32,000 bases of DNA from Candidatus Saccharimonadota bacterium (lineage in GTDB: Bacteria; Patescibacteriota; Saccharimonadia; Saccharimonadales; Saccharimonadaceae): the NCBI GenBank assembly GCA_002421785.1, contig DIRZ01000003.1, positions 310,700 to 342,699 on the forward strand, given 5' to 3'. Shown here piece by piece: positions 8,677 to 15,074 of this stretch (position 1 is the stretch's first letter; each line of letters opens with the position of its first letter). The notes below the pieces were generated by a model. That model saw only the letters and a program-made list of their open reading frames with translations. It did not search any database and was not told the DNA's origin. A program made the position numbers and the translations under genes.

Positions 8677-9456
8677 ATGATTGCAGTATTACACCGTATC
8701 TGCGCCCCTGCATTCGCAGTCGCCCTGGTTGCCGGCCTTTCGGTCGCCACCATGAGCACCGCTTATGCGACACAGCCCGCAAAGGGCCAAAGTACAACCC
8801 ATTTGGTTTATTGCCAGAAGACTGGAAACCACTGGACCATCACCAAGGGCGATAACCCTAGCGATAACAAGAATCGTACACAGGTAGGTACCTGGAACGA
8901 ACACGAACGTGGCGAAGGCTGGAACCAGGCCCGAGCTGAACAGGAATTTTTGAGTAAGTGTACCACCACTGAGCCAACTCAGCCAACCGTACCAACTACT
9001 CCCCCCACTTCAAACCCTGGCAATGGCAACAATGATCCAAAGCCAACCACACCAGCACCCGGCAAAGGCCAGAGCACCACTCACTTAGTATTCTGCCAGA
9101 AGACCGGTAACCACTGGACGATCACCAAGGGTGACAATCCAAGTGACAACAAGAATCGTACACAGGTAGGTACCTGGAACGAACACGAACGTGGCGAAGG
9201 CTGGAACCAGGCCCGAGCTGAACAGGAATTTTTGAGTAAGTGCCGCGTCAGCGTGCCTGCGACCCCCGTCACTCCAACCGAGACCCCAACACCAGGCAAG
9301 GGCGGCGTTTCGCCAGCACCTGTCAAAACGGCCGTCAACACTGTCGTCACCGAGCTACCACGTACTGGTTCACTCGGTATGGCCGGCCTTGTACTTGGCC
9401 TCATGACCACAGTTGCCGCTTACGGCATCACCTACGTTTTGCAGCCAAAGCAATAG
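8677..9456 (+). CDS. LPXTG cell-wall-anchored protein with two copies of a 60-aa Cys-containing domain
   Basis: Signal peptide (…ATMSTAYA/TQP), two near-identical 60-aa units, Pro/Thr linkers, and a C-terminal ELPRTG with hydrophobic helix and basic end. Confidence 0.85.
   Translation: MIAVLHRICAPAFAVALVAGLSVATMSTAYATQPAKGQSTTHLVYCQKTGNHWTITKGDNPSDNKNRTQVGTWNEHERGEGWNQARAEQEFLSKCTTTEPTQPTVPTTPPTSNPGNGNNDPKPTTPAPGKGQSTTHLVFCQKTGNHWTITKGDNPSDNKNRTQVGTWNEHERGEGWNQARAEQEFLSKCRVSVPATPVTPTETPTPGKGGVSPAPVKTAVNTVVTELPRTGSLGMAGLVLGLMTTVAAYGITYVLQPKQ
8782..9243 (+). repeat. Intragenic duplication: 180-nt unit at 8782-8961 and 9064-9243 (282-nt period)
   Basis: Hand alignment. The last 95 nt of each unit (8866-8960 and 9148-9242) are identical. 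The first 84 nt differ at 19 positions, almost all at synonymous third positions. Confidence 0.9.
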
Positions 9457-9477
9457 CCCATAACCAGTGACGCATAG

Positions 9478-9506
9478 AACACGCTCCATTGCTGGGGCGT
9501 GTTTTT
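9478..9506 (+). terminator. Intrinsic terminator after the LPXTG repeat gene
   Basis: AACACGCTCC-attgct-GGGGCGTGTT (10-bp stem with one G-U pair) followed by a T-run. Confidence 0.65.
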
Positions 9507-9540
9507 GTGTATTAACCGCTGCCCTGCCTATATTTCACCA

Positions 9541-9569
9541 CGAAAATAGCCCACCTGTACGGTGAGCTA
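9541..9569 (-). terminator. Hairpin plus U-tract downstream of tRNA-Glu
   Basis: On the minus strand: TAGCTCACC-gtaca-GGTGGGCTA, then TTTTCG. Confidence 0.5.
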
Positions 9570-9575
9570 TGTTCG

Positions 9576-9650
9576 TGGTGATCTCACGGAGAATCGAACT
9601 CCGATTGCCAGGATGAAAACCTGGTGTCCTAACCGTTAGACGATGAGACC
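9576..9650 (-). tRNA. tRNA-Glu (anticodon UUC), CCA encoded
   Basis: The reverse complement folds by hand into a 75-nt cloverleaf: acceptor GGTCTCA/TGAGATC, anticodon stem CCAGG/CCTGG with loop TTTTCAT, T arm CGGAG-TTCGATT-CTCCG, and 3' ACCA. Confidence 0.9.
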
Positions 9651-9687
9651 AGAACTTTGCCAATTATACCAGACATTCCGCTACTTT

Positions 9688-9726
9688 AAAAGGGGGTGGA
9701 GCGCAACAAATGTCACACTCCACCCC
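9688..9726 (-). terminator. Intrinsic terminator of the 9733-10377 gene
   Basis: GGGGTGGAG (9693-9701) and CTCCACCCC (9718-9726) form a 9-bp stem. On the minus strand CTTTTAAAG follows it. Confidence 0.6.
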
Positions 9727-9732
9727 AGTGGA

Positions 9733-10377
9733 TCAGCGCGAGGCGCCAACAGATACACCGGGAGCGATGCCGAGGCCCCCGAGGCGGCTGCGGTCACGCT
9801 CTGGGCGCCCGTGGAACGGCCGGATATCGGCCTTGATCGCGCGCCTCAGCCGGAAATGCTGGCGACCGTACATCTCGCGGCGCAGGTTATCCCACTCATC
9901 CATCAGCGACTGGCGCGCCTGCCAGGTACGTTCGCCGCGCATGTACCACACCAGGGCTTCGCGACCCGGTGCATCGGTCATGAGATCGGTCAGCACCCGT
10001 GCTAGCAACAGCTGCCGAGCATAGACTGCAACGGTATCGTAACGCTTGTCCGGCAGGTTCCGGAAGTCGCGCGCAAAGTCTCGCCGTCGCACCAGCCATG
10101 GCCCCTGCTTGGTGAGAGCGGCGATGACCGCCACCAACTCATCGCAGCTAGGCCCGCAGTTCATGATGTAGCTGTCCGTGGGCCGAAGCTTGTCGTCGAC
10201 GGCATTGCGAAACCCCTGCAACACCTTGTAGCGCGCCCTTCGCAGCATGCGCCGCAAGTTCGCACCGGGCTCGGCGTAGACATCATCGTCGGCGAACAAC
10301 TCCTCGAGCGTCAGCTCCCCGTCCTGCAGACGAAACAGCTGTTCCAGGCTCAGGTCGACCCGCGGATTGGATGACAT
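9733..10377 (-). CDS. Hypothetical protein (high-GC island), Arg-rich and soluble
   Basis: 214 aa with a G/C-biased third position. AAAGGTGGTGAT Shine-Dalgarno-like sequence just upstream of the ATG, and a terminator downstream. No family recognised. Confidence 0.7.
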   Translation of the reverse strand: MSSNPRVDLSLEQLFRLQDGELTLEELFADDDVYAEPGANLRRMLRRARYKVLQGFRNAVDDKLRPTDSYIMNCGPSCDELVAVIAALTKQGPWLVRRRDFARDFRNLPDKRYDTVAVYARQLLLARVLTDLMTDAPGREALVWYMRGERTWQARQSLMDEWDNLRREMYGRQHFRLRRAIKADIRPFHGRPERDRSRLGGLGIAPGVSVGASR

Positions 10378-10524
10378 ATGCCATCACCACCTTTCGTTAG
10401 GTACTAGCTCACTGATCAGTAAACTATTTATACAATACTATATACCACAAAAATTGCAATAATTATCACACACTACCCCTGTAAGTAACTATTGAAGCAT
10501 AAGTGGTATATATGGTATTATATA

Positions 10525-10553
10525 TTGACATTTTAGCTTAATTATGATAGACT
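10525..10553 (+). promoter_or_regulatory. Candidate promoter inside the AT-rich block of the island
   Basis: TTGACA (10525-10530), a 17-nt spacer and TAGACT (10548-10553). It would give a leader of about 300 nt before the ATG at 10855. Confidence 0.35.
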
Positions 10554-10854
10554 GTATAAGTCACAGTGAATGAGGTGGAAGCCACTCACTTGAGTACGAG
10601 GACATTGACAATCAGGCTATACCTTACTACTAAAGCCTGTGAGTGTAGCCACAAGGCCCAAGAATACTACGTCTTGGCTTTTTGGCTGCACTTGCAGCGT
10701 GTAATGAGAAACTAGATACCATTCCCCTTTGTGCGCCTGTGCGACAGGGCACCCTGTATACATACGATGTATATAGCGTGCCCCGCCGCACCTGCGCAGT
10801 GTTACGGAGCACCCACCATGTGGGCGCCCGCCCACACGAACGAAGGAGAACCAC

Positions 10855-11742
10855 ATGACCGCGCTCACGCGCCTCACCGAGGCCGAGTACAACGCGCTCA
10901 AGAACCAGATCGACGGCGAGAACGGTGCCGGGTTCGCCCTGTACGTCGCGTTCTCGCGTCAGTCGAACGCCATGGGGGTGGCCACGCCGCTCACCCAGAC
11001 GTTCCGCGACAACCTGAAGGCGTCGTACGACAACCACCTCCCGTTCGATCGGACGCTGCCGAGCTACAACACGTACTCGGCCGTTTTCGACGAATACGAG
11101 GCGGCCCTCCCGCCGGTTCCAACGCCCGCTCCCGCCACCCATCCCGCTCCGGCGGGCGGAGGCAGCGCCGACCCCCTGGGCGAGGACCCGCTCGATGACC
11201 CTGACGATGACTCCGACGACGCGCCCATCGCGCCCGTCACGTCGCGTCCGGTGCATCGCCCGGCCGCTCGTTTCACCCCTCCGGCACCGCCGGCGGGTGA
11301 GCCCACCATCGCTGACGTGTTCACCTTCTTCGGCGGCCTCGTGCCGACGGTGGAGAACCACGCCGACATGTTGGACGAGCACGAGGCCGAGCTGTTCAAT
11401 CCCGACGGCACCAGCCGCCTGGACCAGCTCGAGGACGCCGTCTTCGGAGGCGCCAACCCGGCCCGCCCGTGGTATCCCCGCTCCAGCTCCGCTCACGTCT
11501 CCGACGAGGCCAGCTGGGGGAAGATCGTCGGCGTCGCCATCGTCACGTTCCTCGTGGCCTTCCTGGTCCTGTTGGCAGTCGTCGGCATCGTCGGCGCAGC
11601 CGTCAACTACGGACCGATCGCCGCCATCGCCACCTGGCTGTGGCCGATCACGCTCCTCGCCATCATGGCGGCCATCGTGGCCAGCCTCGTGACCTACCGC
11701 TCCACCACCGCTTCCGCGGTGACGCGGGAGGAAAGGATCTGA
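10855..11742 (+). CDS. Hypothetical membrane protein (acidic and Pro-rich middle, two C-terminal TM helices)
   Basis: 295 aa. AAGGAG at 10843-10848. Extreme GC3. C-terminal hydrophobic stretches IVGVAIVTFLVAFLVLLAVVGIVGAAV and IAAIATWLWPITLLAIMAAIVASLV. Confidence 0.8.
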   Translation: MTALTRLTEAEYNALKNQIDGENGAGFALYVAFSRQSNAMGVATPLTQTFRDNLKASYDNHLPFDRTLPSYNTYSAVFDEYEAALPPVPTPAPATHPAPAGGGSADPLGEDPLDDPDDDSDDAPIAPVTSRPVHRPAARFTPPAPPAGEPTIADVFTFFGGLVPTVENHADMLDEHEAELFNPDGTSRLDQLEDAVFGGANPARPWYPRSSSAHVSDEASWGKIVGVAIVTFLVAFLVLLAVVGIVGAAVNYGPIAAIATWLWPITLLAIMAAIVASLVTYRSTTASAVTREERI

Positions 11743-11743
11743 C

Positions 11744-13201
11744 ATGCTGAAGATCGTCATGAAGTTCGTGGCGGCGCTCATCGCTACTGCCCTGGTGGCA
11801 GGAGGGATGTTCGTCGTCGTCCGGAGTCTCGCGACTCCGGAAACCGCCAGTACCGTCTGCGAGACCAACTCGCTCCGGACCTTCGCCAACCAGGCGGAGG
11901 CCGACGGCGACGCGATGAGCGCCGGGCTGTACCGGCAGTGGGCGGAGAAGTGCGACGAGGCAAAGGAGGACGGGTCAACACCCAGCCCCGAGCCGACCAC
12001 CACTTCCCCCGCCGCAACGGCGCCGGCCACACCCGCACCCAGTGCGACGGCCGAACCCACCGAGACCGCGGCCGCACCAGTTGCGATCATCGAGGAGTTT
12101 CTGGCCAACCGGCCAGTGGACACCAAGACATCCACCAACGCGTACGGCCCCAAGGCCGCCGTGCTCCCCGCCCTCAACGGCAGGGACATGGAGACCTTCG
12201 AGGTCGGCAACGTTAGCGATGCCAAGCTCGTGCAGGATGAACTGATCTACGTCGTTCGCGACGTCGACCGGATGCAGACTGCCGACAAGGCCCTTGACCT
12301 GGGAATCGTCGCCAAGAACGGCGACGAGAATCAGGTCAACGAGCTGACCGCGCGCTTCGTGAACGATCGGGCCTACTGGGACGAGATTCGCATGGCTGTT
12401 GCCAAGCGGATTTCCGAACTGGAGCCCAGCATCGTCAACGTGGAGGCAGGGACCGTGGTAGGCATGTCCTACTCCGTACCCGGGACCATCCCGCAGATCG
12501 GCTACAAGGACGTCACCTTCGAGTACGACACCAAGTGGATCGAGTTGCGCGACCCGGAAACGGGCAAGGTAGTCGGCAAGTACCGACTGCACTGCAAGTT
12601 CCAGCATGGTTCGGACTGGATGCGCAAGCTCCCGCCCGCCCCCAGGGGCACGGGCTACACGCCCGAGGGTGAGACCGTCATCTTGTTCGACGCCTGCCGC
12701 TTGGTTGGTGACAACTGGGTGAACGTGTACGACGTCGAGAAGCTTCCGGGTGACCGGAAGGTGAACGACGCCAAGTGCACGCCGCCGACCACTCCGCCGA
12801 CCACGCCGCCGACCACTCCGCCGACCACTCCGCCGACGACGCCGCCGACCACTCCGCCGACGACGCCGCCGCCGACCACGCCGCCTCCGACCACACCTCC
12901 TCCCACGACGCCGCCGACGACCCCGCCGACGACGCCGCCGGGATGTGCGAAGAAGGAGTGCCAGACGCCGCCGCCTGCTCCGCCGAACCGCGACCCCGCT
13001 CCCGCGCCCACTGGGCCGAAGGAGTCGGTTGCACCGGTTGAGCCGAAGCCGGCAGACCCGACGCAGGAACCGGGCGACCCGGTCGACCTGCCGGCACCTG
13101 GGGCAACCCAGGCACCGGCGCCGACCGCGCCCGCACCTCCTGTCGAGGTTGCACCGGAGCCGTCCGACCCTGGAACGACGGATCCCGACCCTGGTCGGTA
13201 A
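11744..13201 (+). CDS. Hypothetical N-terminally anchored protein with a globular domain of about 300 aa and a (TPPT)n/Pro-rich C-terminal region
   Basis: 485 aa. The ATG lies 1 nt after the upstream stop and is preceded by GGGAGGAAAGG. N-terminal TM helix FVAALIATALVAGGMFVVV. Extreme GC3. Confidence 0.8.
   Translation: MLKIVMKFVAALIATALVAGGMFVVVRSLATPETASTVCETNSLRTFANQAEADGDAMSAGLYRQWAEKCDEAKEDGSTPSPEPTTTSPAATAPATPAPSATAEPTETAAAPVAIIEEFLANRPVDTKTSTNAYGPKAAVLPALNGRDMETFEVGNVSDAKLVQDELIYVVRDVDRMQTADKALDLGIVAKNGDENQVNELTARFVNDRAYWDEIRMAVAKRISELEPSIVNVEAGTVVGMSYSVPGTIPQIGYKDVTFEYDTKWIELRDPETGKVVGKYRLHCKFQHGSDWMRKLPPAPRGTGYTPEGETVILFDACRLVGDNWVNVYDVEKLPGDRKVNDAKCTPPTTPPTTPPTTPPTTPPTTPPTTPPTTPPPTTPPPTTPPPTTPPTTPPTTPPGCAKKECQTPPPAPPNRDPAPAPTGPKESVAPVEPKPADPTQEPGDPVDLPAPGATQAPAPTAPAPPVEVAPEPSDPGTTDPDPGR
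12779..12940 (+). repeat. 12-nt periodic tandem repeat (ACN CCG CCG ACN) encoding (TPPT)n
   Basis: About 13 imperfect copies read directly. They encode TPPTTPPTTPPTTPPTTPPTTPPTTPPPTTPPPTTPPPTTPPTTPPTTPP. Confidence 0.9.
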
Positions 13202-13208
13202 CGTCACC

Positions 13209-13255
13209 GCAGTGGCACCCTAGCTGCCCTTCGGGGTAAGCCTGGGTGCCACTGC
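13209..13255 (+). terminator. GC-rich hairpin after the island operon (no clear U-tract)
   Basis: GCAGTGGCACCC (13209-13220) and GGGTGCCACTGC (13244-13255) form a perfect 12-bp stem. The 23-nt loop contains a CCC-TTCG-GGG mini-hairpin. Confidence 0.55.
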
Positions 13256-13512
13256 ACCCCCCTAGTTTCTCACTACAACCCCTGGCGGGGCACCTGTACG
13301 ATTTATCGTGTGGGTGCCTCGCTGGCACAACTTTAGTACATTCGTAAGGCATAGTCTGATTGACAATCAATCCCCGGCAGTGACTGTACGTTAACAATTA
13401 GCTTTGCATGTCCACGGCATAACAACCGTGGGTACGAACAGTCACAACCAATGGAAACCAACCATTATTACTAATCAATTCTGCTCCTAAAAGCAGAGAA
13501 GGAAATGAGTCT

Positions 13513-14994
13513 ATGCAACTACCAACGTTCATGCAAAAGATCTCAAAGCGCGCATATGCCGTCATGGCACTTGCTGTTGCAACCGTTGCAATCCCTGCAA
13601 CATTGCTCGCTTGGGGTCCTTCTGCACGCGTTACGTTTACCCTCGCTCACCCAGCAGAGTACGTGACGTTTAACTCGATCACAGACAACAAACAGTACGG
13701 CGATGAGCGAAACTTCGTTCAGATCCGTAGTGTCACAGACAACACAAAATTCGGCGAAAACGCGACCCTTACCCCTGGTAAAGAGTACGAAGTTTTTGCT
13801 TATTACCACAACAACGGCGACACCGACCTGAATGCAAGCGGCGCAACTGTTGCAACTGGCGCGTTTATGCGTGCTCAGATGCCAGCAACCGTTAACGCAG
13901 GCGAAAACGCCCGTGTGACTGTATTTGTTGGTGCAACCAACGCCAAGCACCTAGACGCAGCTGGCACCAACCTGGGCAACCAAGTATGGGATGAAGCCTT
14001 TGCGAAAAACAGCACTAACGGTGCAGTAGCACTTCGCTACGTTCCTGGCTCTGCCAAAATCACCAGCAATGGTGCTGTGAACGGCAAATCAATGCCTGAC
14101 ACACTTTACACCACTGGCGCAGCCCTTGGCTACGACGCACTTGACGGTAAACTCCCTGGCTGCTTGCAGTACTCGGGCTACGTAACCTACCGTTTCAAAG
14201 TCGACCAGCCAAACTTCACTATGGAAAAGCAAGTTGCTCGTTCTGATGAAGCTACGTTCAAAGAAACGACAACTGCGAAAATTGGTGACATCGTGGACTT
14301 TAAACTCCACTACAAAAACACTGGTACAACTCAGCAGGACGGCGTTGTCATTCGTGACCAACTGCCAGCCGGGCTTGAGTACGTCGCAAACTCTACCTAC
14401 GTGTCAACAACTGGTACGTGGGTAAAAACCGCACACGAAACCGTTACTAAGCAAGGTATCAACGTTGGATCATATGGTCCAAACGGTGGCGCCTATGTGA
14501 AGTTTAGTGCTAAAGTTGTTGCCGACAAACTCGTTTGTGGTACCAATACTATCAAAAACATCGCAAGTGCTGACACGCAAAATGGCAGCAAGAGCGATGA
14601 CGCGACAGTGACTGTGACAAAAGAATGTACGACACCTGAAAAGGTAGAGGCATGTAACCTCGACACGAAGAAGATTGAGACCGTAGAAAAGTCAAAGATT
14701 GACAACGTTCACTACACGCTTGACCTTAGCAAATGTAAAGAAGTTGCTGTAAAGGAAATTACTGTTTGCCGCTTGAGCGACAAGAAGTATCCTGTAACTA
14801 TCAAGGAGTCTGAATTCGACAGTGCCAAGCACTCGAAGAACCCAGATGACTGTAAAACAACACCCGTTACTCCCGAAATTCCAACTGAACTACCAAAGAC
14901 TGGTATCGCAGAAGGACTCATGAGTATCGTTGGACTTGGCTCACTTGTAGCAAGCACAAGCTACTACATCGCAAGCCGCCGCATGCAAAGCTAA
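13513..14994 (+). CDS. LPXTG cell-wall-anchored protein with a DUF11-like repeat domain
   Basis: 493 aa. N-terminal signal/anchor. The DQLPAGLEYVANS motif is typical of the DUF11 'conserved repeat domain'. C-terminal ELPKTG, hydrophobic helix and RR tail. Confidence 0.88.
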   Translation: MQLPTFMQKISKRAYAVMALAVATVAIPATLLAWGPSARVTFTLAHPAEYVTFNSITDNKQYGDERNFVQIRSVTDNTKFGENATLTPGKEYEVFAYYHNNGDTDLNASGATVATGAFMRAQMPATVNAGENARVTVFVGATNAKHLDAAGTNLGNQVWDEAFAKNSTNGAVALRYVPGSAKITSNGAVNGKSMPDTLYTTGAALGYDALDGKLPGCLQYSGYVTYRFKVDQPNFTMEKQVARSDEATFKETTTAKIGDIVDFKLHYKNTGTTQQDGVVIRDQLPAGLEYVANSTYVSTTGTWVKTAHETVTKQGINVGSYGPNGGAYVKFSAKVVADKLVCGTNTIKNIASADTQNGSKSDDATVTVTKECTTPEKVEACNLDTKKIETVEKSKIDNVHYTLDLSKCKEVAVKEITVCRLSDKKYPVTIKESEFDSAKHSKNPDDCKTTPVTPEIPTELPKTGIAEGLMSIVGLGSLVASTSYYIASRRMQS

Positions 14995-15044
14995 TAGGAA
15001 CTGACCGCTCCGTTACAGTACTTGAAGCGTCAGCTTCTCCAAAC

Positions 15045-15072
15045 AAAACCACCCCTTCTACGGGGTGGTTTT
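15045..15072. terminator. Bidirectional terminator between convergent genes
   Basis: AAAACCACCCC-ttctac-GGGGTGGTTTT. It has A/T runs on both sides and abuts the kinase stop at 15075. Confidence 0.7.
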
Positions 15073-15074
15073 TG

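Larger units (their letters stand above)
9651..13400. other. High-GC compositional island (foreign DNA, no mobility gene seen)
   Basis: Hand GC counts on single 60-nt lines: 49/60 at 11101-11160 and 37/60 at 12301-12360, against 31/60 at 5401-5460 in the flank. Third codon positions are almost all G/C in 10855-13201. The island starts next to the 5' end of tRNA-Glu. Boundaries are approximate. Confidence 0.7.

Noticed and set aside
10378-10854. Retron, DGR or another reverse-transcriptase-linked ncRNA in the structured non-coding region
   Set aside because: No reverse-transcriptase-like ORF (no YxDD motif) occurs in or near the island, and there is no template/variable repeat pair.
12779-12940. 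Possible CRISPR array or other spacer-repeat structure
   Set aside because: The 12-nt units are contiguous with no spacers, and they lie in frame within a coding sequence. No repeat-spacer pattern was seen anywhere else in the window.
10604-13370. Shared 11-mer ATTGACAATCA at 10604-10614 and 13360-13370, considered as island-boundary repeats
   Set aside because: My rough estimate is on the order of 100 exact 11-mer pairs expected by chance in 32 kb. Both copies simply contain a TTGACA-like box, and their positions do not bracket the GC shift.
10630-13397. Very long minus-strand ORFs in the track (10630-12225, 11975-13207, 12678-13397) and several plus-strand alternates (10731-11198, 11195-11692)
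   Set aside because: These are stop-codon-poor shadow frames typical of high-GC DNA. Their products are Arg/Gly/Pro-rich and low in complexity. The plus-strand frames at 10855 and 11744 have strong SD sites, tight coupling and near-total G/C at third positions.
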